Assembly (NCBI GenBank): GCA_963822445.1
Contig: CAWGHO010000001.1
Location: forward strand, 640,001 to 704,000
From: an uncultured Acidobacteriota bacterium
GTDB taxonomy: Bacteria; Acidobacteriota; Thermoanaerobaculia; Gp7-AA8
Direction: 5' to 3'
DNA: 64,000 nucleotides
Shown here: positions 22,409 to 31,682 of the stretch, piece by piece
Position numbering within the stretch: position 1 is the first letter of the stretch
Layout: each line of letters starts with the position of its first letter
Notes under the pieces: generated by a model
What the model was told of the DNA's origin: nothing
Seen by the model: the letters and a program-made list of their open reading frames with translations, nothing else
Database searches by the model: none
Made by a program: the position numbers and the translations under genes

Positions 22409-23539
22409 ATGGCAATTCTTCACCTGGAGCTGCTCGGAGATTTCCGTCTGCGTTCCGACTCCGGCACGCTGGTGAGCATCTCCGCGAAAAAGTCGCAGGC
22501 GATGCTCGCCTACCTCGCCGTGAAGCCGGCTCAACTCGTCTCGCGCGACAAGATGGCCAGCCTCCTCTGGAGCAGCACCGCCTCCGAGCAGGCCCGGCAG
22601 AGTCTGCGGCAAACGCTGTCGACGCTTCGGAAAGAGCTCGCCGCGATCTCACCGAAGAAAATTCTCATCGAGGAAGGCGACTTCCTCTCTCTCGATCCTT
22701 CGCTGGTCTACGTCGACGTCGCCGAGTTCGAAACGCTGACAGCGGTCGGAACGCCGGAAGCGCTCGATCCCGCGACGCGGATCTACGCCGGTGATTTCCT
22801 CGAGGGCTTCGAGCTCGACGAGGAGAAGTTCGATCAGTGGGTCCTGGCCGAGCGCGACCGCCTGCATCGCCTTTCGTTGCGCGCGCACGCATCGCTCGTC
22901 GAGCAATTCACCCGCGCCGGCGCGATCGACGAGGCCATTGCCACCGCCCAGCGCTCGCTGCGAATCGATCCGCTGCAGGAGTCGATGCACCGCTGCCTGA
23001 TGCGGCTCTACCTGCAGACTGGCGACACCACGAACGCGCTGCAGCAGTACGACGCCTGCACGAAGGTGCTCAAGCGCGAGCTGGCGGTCGAGCCGGATGG
23101 CGAGACCAAAGCGCTCTACACCGAGATCGCCAACGCCCGGAAGCGGCGGACGACGACTGCCGAGGAGACGGCGCGGGACGTTCGGAAGAGCGTGCTCGTG
23201 GTCGAAGACAACGTGCTCAATCGCGAGCTCGCCAACGCGCTCCTCAAGACCGCGGGTTACAACGTCCTTTTGGCCAAGGACGGCGCGGAAGCGCTGATGC
23301 TCATCGGCCGCGAGCATGTCGACCTGATGCTGCTCGACGTCGACCTTCCCTTCATCGACGGCCACAGCGTTCTCGAGGCGCTCAATGAGAAGGGGCTGCA
23401 GGTTCCGACGATCTTCATCTCCGGTCTGCCAGGCGAGGAACCGGAAGTGCGCGCGTTCGAGATCGGCGCGGCGGACTTCATCCGCAAGCCGGTGAAGAAC
23501 TCGGTGCTGCTCGCGCGCGTGGCTAAGGTGTTGAAGTAG
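22409..23539 (+). CDS. SARP-like regulator: wHTH plus BTAD plus C-terminal receiver domain
   Basis: LELLGDFRL, ARQSLRQTLSTLRK, YAGDFLEG and IDPLQESMHRCLMRLY (BTAD); VLVVEDN...LLDVDLP...FIRKP (REC). Confidence 0.88.
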   Translation: MAILHLELLGDFRLRSDSGTLVSISAKKSQAMLAYLAVKPAQLVSRDKMASLLWSSTASEQARQSLRQTLSTLRKELAAISPKKILIEEGDFLSLDPSLVYVDVAEFETLTAVGTPEALDPATRIYAGDFLEGFELDEEKFDQWVLAERDRLHRLSLRAHASLVEQFTRAGAIDEAIATAQRSLRIDPLQESMHRCLMRLYLQTGDTTNALQQYDACTKVLKRELAVEPDGETKALYTEIANARKRRTTTAEETARDVRKSVLVVEDNVLNRELANALLKTAGYNVLLAKDGAEALMLIGREHVDLMLLDVDLPFIDGHSVLEALNEKGLQVPTIFISGLPGEEPEVRAFEIGAADFIRKPVKNSVLLARVAKVLK

Positions 23540-24761
23540 CGCTGCACGTTAACGCGCTACCTTCACGCCACGTGCAACTGGCCTGGCTCTTCCCCATCGT
23601 GTCGCGGATGTCGAATGTCCACGTACCGTCCGTCTGCGTCGCGGCGACCCATCCGAACTGATCGTGGGCGAAGAAGTTCGCGACGTCCCGTCCGCCGATC
23701 GGACCTTTCGGCGGTGCGCTGGCTTTGTCGAGCTCCGTTCCACCATTGCCGATCACGAGTTGAGGAATGCGGTTGTCGGTGAAGGAGAGCATCTCCAGGA
23801 GGTGCATGTGACCGGTGAGCATCAACGCGGGATTGGGAGCATTCGCGCCGGCCTGATTCCAGGCCGTCCACATCACCGCAGTCTCGCCACCGTAACTGCC
23901 GAACGCCCAGATGGGATGGTGCAGCATCATCCACGCGCCAGCGGCCTTGTTCGCGTAGAGACTGAGCTGGTTGGCGACGATGTCCACCTGCGTCGGATCG
24001 ACCATGTAGTCCGAGACTCCCGCGCTGTCGATCACGATGAATCGCATTTCGCCAACAGTCACCGCGTACGGCGGCGTGTACTCGAGATTCGACTTGCACA
24101 TGCGCTTGTCTTCGTACAGGTAAGGCCGCGGATCGAGAAACCGGAACCACCCCTCGGCCGCGCGATCGCAGCTCTCGTGGTTTCCGCGGACCATCACCCA
24201 CGGCGCGTTGGGCAGAAGCTTCGCCGCCGGCTTGAACCAGTCCGCGTTCCAGCGGCTCCAGTCGTAGCTCGACGGAACCCACTTGCCGCCGGACATGACC
24301 GCCTCGCGGTAGTAGTAATCGCCGACGTTGAGAATCAGATCGGGATCCCATTCTGCGATCGAATTCGTGACCGCTTCGAACGGCCAGGCCTTCGGATCGT
24401 TGCAGTCCTGGATGGACGCCTTTCCGTTGCTGACTTTGCGACGGCAACCCGTGTCGCCGAGGATGGCGATTTTCGCGGTGCGGCCGAGCTTGGCGACGGG
24501 CAGCGGGTGATCGCCGATCGACGCGGAGGCCGCGGTCGTGGGAACGGCTGCCTCGCAGGACGTGACGCGGTAATTCTTCCCGGGAAGGTTGCGGACGCGC
24601 ATCCGTTCGCGGCGGCCGTCGATGGTGATGTGCGGGCAATCGCCGGACGTGACGATGGTCCGCGCGGTCGGACCATCGGGTCCGTAGGTGAGCCACACCG
24701 GATCAGCCGCACGCAGGTTTAGCGACAGGAGCGCAAGGGCAGCCAGTATCGAGTTACGCAT
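23523..24761 (-). CDS. Calcineurin-like metallophosphoesterase, secreted
   Basis: GDTG, VGDYYY, RGNHE, HHP and GHMH motifs; signal peptide MRNSILAALALLSLNLRAA. Confidence 0.88.
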   Translation of the reverse strand: MRNSILAALALLSLNLRAADPVWLTYGPDGPTARTIVTSGDCPHITIDGRRERMRVRNLPGKNYRVTSCEAAVPTTAASASIGDHPLPVAKLGRTAKIAILGDTGCRRKVSNGKASIQDCNDPKAWPFEAVTNSIAEWDPDLILNVGDYYYREAVMSGGKWVPSSYDWSRWNADWFKPAAKLLPNAPWVMVRGNHESCDRAAEGWFRFLDPRPYLYEDKRMCKSNLEYTPPYAVTVGEMRFIVIDSAGVSDYMVDPTQVDIVANQLSLYANKAAGAWMMLHHPIWAFGSYGGETAVMWTAWNQAGANAPNPALMLTGHMHLLEMLSFTDNRIPQLVIGNGGTELDKASAPPKGPIGGRDVANFFAHDQFGWVAATQTDGTWTFDIRDTMGKSQASCTWREGSALTCSATSTP

Positions 24762-24829
24762 AGGTGGATGCGGGGAGCTTAGCACGGCTGCGCTTGCCAC
24801 GATTCCGCCACACTCTTAGATTGAAAGCC

Positions 24830-25159
24830 ATGAACCGCATCCTTGTTGTCGAGGACAACCCCACAGTCGCCCGCGCCATCGAGGAAAAGTATGTGTGCGA
24901 TTACGCGACCGACGGCTGGGACGCGATCGAGAAGCTCGAGACCGGCGACTACGCTGCCATCGTGATCGACGCCGACGTCCCCAACCAGAGCGGCTACGGC
25001 GTCCTCACCTATCTGCGTGAGGAAGTCGGCGACGACGTCGGCAACGTGATCTTCCTGACCAGCTCCGGCCACGAAGCGGTCCGCCGGAAATTCGGCGCGG
25101 CCCTGCACGTGGTGGACAAAGCGGACGCGCTCGCGGAAGTCACCCGCATCCTCGGCTGA
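24830..25159 (+). CDS. Single-domain response regulator (REC)
   Basis: ILVVEDN, ATDGWDAIEKL, IVIDADVP and FLTS. Confidence 0.75.
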   Translation: MNRILVVEDNPTVARAIEEKYVCDYATDGWDAIEKLETGDYAAIVIDADVPNQSGYGVLTYLREEVGDDVGNVIFLTSSGHEAVRRKFGAALHVVDKADALAEVTRILG

Positions 25160-25162
25160 TCC

Positions 25163-25621
25163 TCACAACCACCGCCGCACCCGCCGTTTGTACTCGAGAT
25201 ACTCGTCGGGGAAGATCTCCGCGATCGTTCGTTCCTCCCAGCTGACCACGACGCGATCGAGCACGATCCACAAACCCACCGCGGCCAGCACGAACCAGAG
25301 CGCGTTCGCCGCGAGCGCAATCGCCAGCATCATCAGCAGCAAGGACAGATAAAGCGGATTGCGCGTCCGGCTGAAGACGCTGCCGGTCACGAGACTCCTC
25401 GGCCGCTGGCCCGGCTCGACAGGCGTCCGATGGCGCCTCATCTCGATGAGCGCGGCCGCGGCGATCGTCACCGCGACCGCCGCGACGACGATTCCGGCGC
25501 CCATCCCCCACCAGAACGACGGCATTCCGAGAGCTAACGGGAAGCGCGCCTGCAGCACCGCCGCGGCGGTGGCTGCGAGCAGGAAGAGCACCGGCGGAAG
25601 CCGAAGAGCACGTGCGAGCAC
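25163..25621 (-). CDS. Isoprenylcysteine carboxyl methyltransferase (ICMT/PEMT) family protein
   Basis: LVTGSVFSRTRNPLYL, EERT...FPDEYLEYKRRVRRWL. Confidence 0.88.
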   Translation of the reverse strand: MLARALRLPPVLFLLAATAAAVLQARFPLALGMPSFWWGMGAGIVVAAVAVTIAAAALIEMRRHRTPVEPGQRPRSLVTGSVFSRTRNPLYLSLLLMMLAIALAANALWFVLAAVGLWIVLDRVVVSWEERTIAEIFPDEYLEYKRRVRRWL

Positions 25622-25667
25622 GCCGTCAGTTTAGTGCTGGCATCCCCGGTGAATTGACCCACGGCAC

Positions 25668-26072
25668 ATGGAACAAAGCAGTCGTGCCGAAGTGCAGCAG
25701 TTTCTGGATCGCATGGGCCGCGCGGTCACGACCGGCGACGGCCGCACCGTCGCCACAATGTGGGACACCCCCGCCCTCGTCCTCGGCGACGAACGGGTCA
25801 TGGCCGTCAGCGCCGCGCAGGAGATCGAGCAATTCTTCGGTGGAGCGAAAGAGCAGTACAACGCGAAGGGCATCACCGATACACGCGCGGAGATCGTGAG
25901 CCTTGACTGGCCGACGAAGCGGATCGCCGTCGTGCAAGTGCGTTGGCCTTACCTCGACGCGAAGGGGTCGGTGCGAGGCGAGGAAACGTCGACGTACACG
26001 CTCCGACGCGATGAGAGCGGCGATCTCAAGTTGCGCGTAGCCTTGATGCACGGCGCCGCGGGCGGCGCATGA
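25668..26072 (+). CDS. NTF2-like (DUF4440/SnoaL-like) protein
   Basis: 134 aa with an NTF2-type helix-then-strand pattern (GDGRTVATMW...TYTLRRDESGDLKL). Confidence 0.6.
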   Translation: MEQSSRAEVQQFLDRMGRAVTTGDGRTVATMWDTPALVLGDERVMAVSAAQEIEQFFGGAKEQYNAKGITDTRAEIVSLDWPTKRIAVVQVRWPYLDAKGSVRGEETSTYTLRRDESGDLKLRVALMHGAAGGA

Positions 26073-26875
26073 CCTTCGATCACACGACGGAGCAGTACTT
26101 CCGATTCCTCGACGCACTGGAGCAGGCGGTCATCGCCACGGACGCCGCGGGCGTCATTCTTCGCTGGAGCCCGGCCGCGGAGAAGCTCTACGGATGGCCG
26201 GCCGGTCAGGTCATCGGCCGCAACGTCCTCGAGATCACGCCGATGGAGCTCTCCCGGTCGCAGGGCGCGGAGATCATGTTGACCCTTGCCGGCGGCGAGG
26301 TGTGGTCGGGCGAGTTTCAGGTACGGAACCGCAAGGGAAAGACATTCGCCGCGAGCGTCACCGACGTTCCCTTGATCGGTACGAGCGGCGCGGTGGCCGG
26401 CGTGATCGGCGTCTCCGCGGCTTCGCGCGCGCCGACGAAAGTCAGACCTCTGCTGCGGCGATTCGCGGCGGCCTGCGAAGCGATCTGGCCGAAAAAGATC
26501 GCCTTCGACATCTCCATTCCGGCCGCGGCGAGCGTGAGCGCAACCGAGCCGCACATGACCCAGCTTCTGGCCCTGCTGCTGCTCCTCCATGCGGAGGCAC
26601 TCGACCTGGGCGGGAAGGTGAAGGTGCTCGCCGGCGGCGCCGAGCACTCGCCGTTCGCCGATTTCGGACTGGCGATCACCTCCTCGGCGCTCTACATCCG
26701 CATCGACCGGGCCGATGCGTCGCCGACGTACTCGGTGCTCCGCAGCCTCCCGGTCACATCCGAGCCGACGAAGTACGTTTCCGCGCTGGTGCGCACGGTG
26801 GGAGGAATGCTCGTAGCCGGCGCGTCGCAGGAGCGGCCGAGCGCGATGCACCTGGTCCTCCCGCTGAAACCGTGA
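26069..26875 (+). CDS. PAS-domain protein with degenerate C-terminal domain
   Basis: AVIATDAAGVILRWSPAAEKLYGW...WSGEFQVRNRKG is a PAS/PAC signature; ATGA overlap with the upstream gene. Confidence 0.75.
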   Translation: MTFDHTTEQYFRFLDALEQAVIATDAAGVILRWSPAAEKLYGWPAGQVIGRNVLEITPMELSRSQGAEIMLTLAGGEVWSGEFQVRNRKGKTFAASVTDVPLIGTSGAVAGVIGVSAASRAPTKVRPLLRRFAAACEAIWPKKIAFDISIPAAASVSATEPHMTQLLALLLLLHAEALDLGGKVKVLAGGAEHSPFADFGLAITSSALYIRIDRADASPTYSVLRSLPVTSEPTKYVSALVRTVGGMLVAGASQERPSAMHLVLPLKP

Positions 26876-28279
26876 CTATCGGCCGGCCGGCGCGGACGCC
26901 ATCGCGCTCCACACCTCGAGGATCGCCGCCGCGCTGCGCTCGATGTCCGCTTCAGTGGTTGCCCAGTTCGAGACGGACACGCGCATGGCCGCCTTGCCCT
27001 GCCAGGTCGTTCCGCCGAGCCAGCACGTTCCCTCGTTCTGAACGCCGGTGACGACCGCGCGCGTGAGCTCGTCATCGTCGCCGAAGCGAACCAGCACCTG
27101 ATTGAGGACGACGTCGTTGAGGATCTCGACGCCCGGCGCGGTGCGAAGCGAATCGGCCATCTGCGCCGCGAGGATTGAACAGCGATCGATCAGCTCTTCC
27201 ACGCCGCGCGTGCCGAGGTTGCGCAGCGCGGCGTAAACCGGAATGCCGCGGGCGCGGCGCGAAAACTCGGGGACCCAATCGACGGCGTCGCGCTCGACGC
27301 CGCTGGTCTGGACGAGATACGCGGCGGTCGACGTCATCGACGCGCGGTGGTCGATGGCGTGCCTGACGATGGCAACGCCGCAGTCGTAAGGCACGTTCAG
27401 CCACTTGTGCGCGTCCGTCGCCCAGGAATCCGCGAGCTCGATCCCGTCCGCGAGATGCGCGAACCGCTTGCTCGCTCTTGCCCACAGTCCGAACGCTCCA
27501 TCCACATGCAGCCAGGCGTTGTGCTCCTTCGCGATCTCGCCGATCTCGCGAAGCGGATCGAACGCGCCGGTGTTCACGTTGCCGGCCTGCGCGCAGATGA
27601 TGGTCGGGCCGCTGAGGTTATCGAGCAGACGGCGCAGACGGTCGGCGCGCATGCGACCCTGATCGTCGGTCTCGACGCGCAGCAGATGCCGCGTGCCGAA
27701 GCCGAGGTAGCGCATCGCCACGTCGATGGTCACGTGCGATTCCGCGCTGGCGACGAGGTTGATCCGCGGCGCGCCGATCAACCCTTCTTCTTCCACGTCC
27801 CAGCCGATCCGGCGCAGCATGCCGTGACGTGCCGCCGCCAGGGCCGTGAAGTTCGCCATCTGGCATCCGGTGACGAATCCGAGGCCGGAGTCGCGGGGGA
27901 GATCGAAGAGGTCGAGGAGATATTCGCGGGCGACGTCTTCGATGACGGAGCTCAACGGCGAAGTCGCGTAGATGCCGGGGTTCTGGTCCCACGTGCTGAC
28001 CAGCCAGTCCGTGGCCAGGGAGACCGGGAGACTGCCGCCGATCACGAAGCCGAAGAAGCGCGGTCCGGCGCAGGCGAGCGCACCGCGATCGGCCTGCGAC
28101 GCGACCGCGTCGAGAACCGCTGCCGCTTCCTCACCATCGCGGCTGAGAGGCACACGCAGCGCGGACAGGAGCTCGGCGCGAGTGGTGCGCGCGCCGACGT
28201 GACGCTCGGGAAGCGCGCGGAGAAACTCGAAGGCGTGGTCGCGAGCCCGATTCAGCAGCGGCTCGTCAGTGATGTTCAT
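26876..28279 (-). CDS. PLP-dependent group II (aromatic amino acid/glutamate-type) decarboxylase
   Basis: PRFFGFVIGG, AGNVNTGAFD, WLHVDGAFG and DSWATDAHKWLNVPYDCG (PLP lysine). Confidence 0.9.
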   Translation of the reverse strand: MNITDEPLLNRARDHAFEFLRALPERHVGARTTRAELLSALRVPLSRDGEEAAAVLDAVASQADRGALACAGPRFFGFVIGGSLPVSLATDWLVSTWDQNPGIYATSPLSSVIEDVAREYLLDLFDLPRDSGLGFVTGCQMANFTALAAARHGMLRRIGWDVEEEGLIGAPRINLVASAESHVTIDVAMRYLGFGTRHLLRVETDDQGRMRADRLRRLLDNLSGPTIICAQAGNVNTGAFDPLREIGEIAKEHNAWLHVDGAFGLWARASKRFAHLADGIELADSWATDAHKWLNVPYDCGVAIVRHAIDHRASMTSTAAYLVQTSGVERDAVDWVPEFSRRARGIPVYAALRNLGTRGVEELIDRCSILAAQMADSLRTAPGVEILNDVVLNQVLVRFGDDDELTRAVVTGVQNEGTCWLGGTTWQGKAAMRVSVSNWATTEADIERSAAAILEVWSAMASAPAGR

Positions 28280-28331
28280 GGCTCGGAACATAGTGATACA
28301 CTCCTGTACCGTCAAGTATGACATAAACGCT

Positions 28332-29666
28332 ATGACAATCTGGTCACCGCGGCTATCCGAATCCGATGCGCCGATCTATCGCCGCATCGCGGATGCCCTC
28401 GAGCGGGACGTGCGCACGGGCATGCTGGTCGGCGGCAGTCAGCTTCCCACCCATCGCCAGCTCGCACGCACGTTGGAGATCACGCCGGTCACCGTGACCA
28501 GAGCGTATGCCGAAGCGGCGCGGCGGGGGTTGATCGAGTCGTCGACGGGACGGGGGACGTTCGTCAGGCCCGCCCGCATCACCCAGGCGCCGTCGACCGA
28601 CATCGATCTGGCCACGAACACGGTCATCGTTCCGCTCCCCTACCCGACGAGACATGTACTCGAGCGCGCCGCCGATTCGCTCGTGCATTCATCGTACGCT
28701 ACCGGTCCCGGCAGCGAGCGCCATCGCGCCGCGGGTGCGGCATGGATCGGCAGGCGCACCGATCCCTCGCGCGTGCTCGTCACCGCCGGAACGCAACACG
28801 CGCTCTTGCTCGCCCTCTCCGCCACGGCACGCGCCGGCGAAACGATCCTCTGCGAATCGGTGACCTACCACGGCGCGAAAGCAGCCGCCGCCCTCCTCGG
28901 CATCCGCCTCGAAGGCGTGGCCATGGATCGTCACGGAGTCCTTCCCGACGCGCTGGAGAAAGCTGCGCGCGGCAAAGCCTCGAAAGTGCTGTACACGATC
29001 CCATCGCTGCAGAATCCGACCGGTTCGGTGATGCCGGAGAAACGCCGCCGCGACATCGCCGCCGTCGCCGAAAAGCACGGGCTCACGATCATCGAGGACG
29101 ACGTCTGCGGCTTCCTCCTCGAACAAACACCGCCTCCGATCGCCGCGTTCGCCCCCGACCGCACGATCTTCATCACCGGTCTGGGCAAGGCCATCGCCCC
29201 GGGGCTGCGCGTCGGTTACTTCACCGCCTCGGAACCGCTGATCGCAGCGCGCGCAGACCACGCTCGCCGCGAGCATCCTCTTCGCCTCGCCCGTCCTCGC
29301 CGAGCTGGCGGCGACGTGGATCGAGGACGGAACGGCGATGCGCATCGTCGCGCAGAAGCGTTCCGAGGTCGTGATGCGCAACGCGCTGCGCGAAGGATCC
29401 TTGGCAACCGCACCGGCGCGAGCGATCCCCGCTCGTCGCATCTTTGGATCGAGCTGGCCAAGCGGTGGAATCCCGATGCCTTCGCGGACGAGGCCCGTCG
29501 CCGCCGGATGCGCGTCGCCAGCGCCAGTTCGTTCGCGGTGACCGGCGAGATCCCTCGCGCGATCCGCTTGAGCATCGGCGCGCCGGCATCGGTTGCCGAG
29601 CTCGAAAACGGACTGCACATCCTCAGCGGCATCGAGGAGCAGCGCCGCGCGGAGCCGGTGGTATGA
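28332..29666 (+). CDS. MocR/GabR family regulator (GntR HTH plus aminotransferase domain); compensated frameshift at about 29245-29395
   Basis: LPTHRQLARTL...VTRAYAE, QNPTG, IIEDD and KAIAPGLRVGY; the alternative frame (MRIVAQKRSEV) reads better across the interval. Confidence 0.88.
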   Translation: MTIWSPRLSESDAPIYRRIADALERDVRTGMLVGGSQLPTHRQLARTLEITPVTVTRAYAEAARRGLIESSTGRGTFVRPARITQAPSTDIDLATNTVIVPLPYPTRHVLERAADSLVHSSYATGPGSERHRAAGAAWIGRRTDPSRVLVTAGTQHALLLALSATARAGETILCESVTYHGAKAAAALLGIRLEGVAMDRHGVLPDALEKAARGKASKVLYTIPSLQNPTGSVMPEKRRRDIAAVAEKHGLTIIEDDVCGFLLEQTPPPIAAFAPDRTIFITGLGKAIAPGLRVGYFTASEPLIAARADHARREHPLRLARPRRAGGDVDRGRNGDAHRRAEAFRGRDAQRAARRILGNRTGASDPRSSHLWIELAKRWNPDAFADEARRRRMRVASASSFAVTGEIPRAIRLSIGAPASVAELENGLHILSGIEEQRRAEPVV

Positions 29667-30091
29667 CGGTCGAGGTCAGCACCGACAAAGCGCGGCTGGA
29701 CTTCGAGACGATCTACCGCTTTCTCAGCGAGGATTCGTACTGGGCGAAGGGCATCGCCCGCGACGTGGTCGAGCGCTCGATCGAGAACGCTGTCTGTTTC
29801 GGAGCGTACGACGGCGCGAAGCAGGTCGGGTTCGCGCGGGTCATCACCGATTTCGCGACCTTCGCGTACGTCGGCGACGTCTTCGTCCTCCCTTCGCACC
29901 GCGGCCAGGGCGTTTCGAAGGCGATCATGGCCGCGATCCGCGAGCATCCGAAGCTTCAGCGGCTGCGGCGATGGCATCTCGTGACGCACGACGCGCAGGG
30001 CTTGTACGCGCAGTTCGGCTTTCGGGAGCTGCGCTATCCGGAGCGGCATATGGAGAGCGTAACGCCGTATTCGACGGTGTCATCGGGATGA
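29663..30091 (+). CDS. GNAT family N-acetyltransferase
   Basis: QVGFARVITDFATFAYVGDVFVLPSHRGQG; ATGA overlap with the MocR gene. Confidence 0.9.
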   Translation: MTVEVSTDKARLDFETIYRFLSEDSYWAKGIARDVVERSIENAVCFGAYDGAKQVGFARVITDFATFAYVGDVFVLPSHRGQGVSKAIMAAIREHPKLQRLRRWHLVTHDAQGLYAQFGFRELRYPERHMESVTPYSTVSSG

Positions 30092-31615
30092 CGCCAGCAG
30101 ATTCGCCAGAGTCGCCTTCAGCGTCTCCACCGGAACCGGCTTCCTGAGAATCTCGTCGGGCGGCAGCTCACCGCGAGGCTCTTCGTCGTTCGCGCGCATG
30201 AGCAGGACCACGCGGATGTGCGCGGTTTTCTCCTGCGACTTGAGAAGCTGGCAAAGCTCGCGGCCATCCATCTTGGGCATGCTCGTCTCGGCGATGACCA
30301 CCTCGGGCTGCCGGACGATCGCAACCCGCAGCGCCTCCAGTCCATCGGCCGCGGTCACGACCTCGTAGCCGGCGCGCTCGAGACTCGCGCCGGCCGTTGC
30401 GCGGATGTCCGCGTCCGGATGGACGATCATCACCCGCGGACGTACGGGCTGCGGCGCGACGGCCGCGCGAAGGCGATCGATCTCCGCCTGCGCCGCCGCG
30501 CGCGTTTCCGCGAGGAGCGTTTCCGCATCGCGCAGCTTGACGGCCTCCTCCTCATACTTCCGCTGCAGCGTGGTGAGCTTCACCCCGACCGCCCGGAGCT
30601 CCGCCTTCGCCTCTTCCTTTTCGCTGAGGGCCTGGCCCAGGTCGGCCTCGTGGTCGGACGCGAGATGAGTGACGATGGTCTGCAGCTTCTTGTCGAACTC
30701 GCGCGCCTCTTCCTCCAGCGTTTCCGCCCGCTGACGTTCCGCCGCGGCATCCGCGGCGGCCTGTCGCTGCAACGTCCGCGTCTCGCTGAGCGCGCGCCGA
30801 AGCTCCTCGACCTCGCTGACCGGCGTCGCCGCGGCGACAGCCTTCTCCAGCTCGGCGATGCGCGCGCGCAGGGCGGTGGCGTCGCGCTGCAGGCGCTCGC
30901 TCTCGTGCACGGACAGCTCGAGCTCCGCGAGCCGTCCCGCCATCGTCGCCGACTCTTCCCGAGCCTCGGCCAGCAGCCGCTCCGCATCCGCGCGCAGGCC
31001 GCGTTCGCGATCCGCGCGTGCCCGGCCTTCTTCGGCGATCTTCAACGCCCAGTCGCGATCGTTCTCGAACTGGCGGATGCGCGCTTCCATGGCCTCGAGC
31101 TCCGCGGAATGGCTGCGAGTGCGATCGGCGAGGTCGACTTCGCGTCCGCGCGATGCGTTCAGATCGGCGATCGCCGTCCGCAGCTCGTTCCGCAACTCGT
31201 CGATCGCCGCCAGGACCTCGGCGTTATCGGTCACGTGAGCGACCGCCGACGTTTCCAGCAGCGGAGGCATCACCGGAAAGACCGGCTCGCGCTTGCGCTG
31301 ACTCACGCGCACGAAGCCGCGAATGACGGCGCCGGCGACGGCCACGCCCAATCCCGCCGCGGCCGGGATGATGATTGCGCTCGACAACGCGTCCGCCCGC
31401 GGCATGAACAGCAGTGCGTAAAACGCGATGGAGAGAATGCCCGCGGCGATGCCCAGGAGGATGCTGTCCATTAGGGCGACCAGGGCGACGGCGGCCAGGT
31501 AGAGGTAGAGCGGCTCGTAACGCGGCACCGCGGACGCGATGACGTCATTCAGGCCGGTGACGATGATGACGATCGCCGCCGCTCTCAGCGTGATCAGGAT
31601 GCCGCGGTTCTGCAT
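30080..31615 (-). CDS. Membrane protein: DUF4118-like TM domain, long coiled coil and atypical receiver domain
   Basis: Four N-terminal TM helices (LYLYLAAVAL), E/R/A-rich coil, then AADGLEAL...MPKMDG...LRKPV. Confidence 0.8.
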   Translation of the reverse strand: MQNRGILITLRAAAIVIIVTGLNDVIASAVPRYEPLYLYLAAVALVALMDSILLGIAAGILSIAFYALLFMPRADALSSAIIIPAAAGLGVAVAGAVIRGFVRVSQRKREPVFPVMPPLLETSAVAHVTDNAEVLAAIDELRNELRTAIADLNASRGREVDLADRTRSHSAELEAMEARIRQFENDRDWALKIAEEGRARADRERGLRADAERLLAEAREESATMAGRLAELELSVHESERLQRDATALRARIAELEKAVAAATPVSEVEELRRALSETRTLQRQAAADAAAERQRAETLEEEAREFDKKLQTIVTHLASDHEADLGQALSEKEEAKAELRAVGVKLTTLQRKYEEEAVKLRDAETLLAETRAAAQAEIDRLRAAVAPQPVRPRVMIVHPDADIRATAGASLERAGYEVVTAADGLEALRVAIVRQPEVVIAETSMPKMDGRELCQLLKSQEKTAHIRVVLLMRANDEEPRGELPPDEILRKPVPVETLKATLANLLASSR

Positions 31616-31682
31616 TCGGGAACGCGTCGATGATACGCGTTCGGGAGGACGGGGCAGATGCCCGTCCTCCCACGGATGCGGA

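Noticed and set aside
26876-30091. Decarboxylase-MocR-GNAT cluster as a novel system
   Set aside because: A divergent MocR regulator beside a PLP enzyme is a common arrangement.
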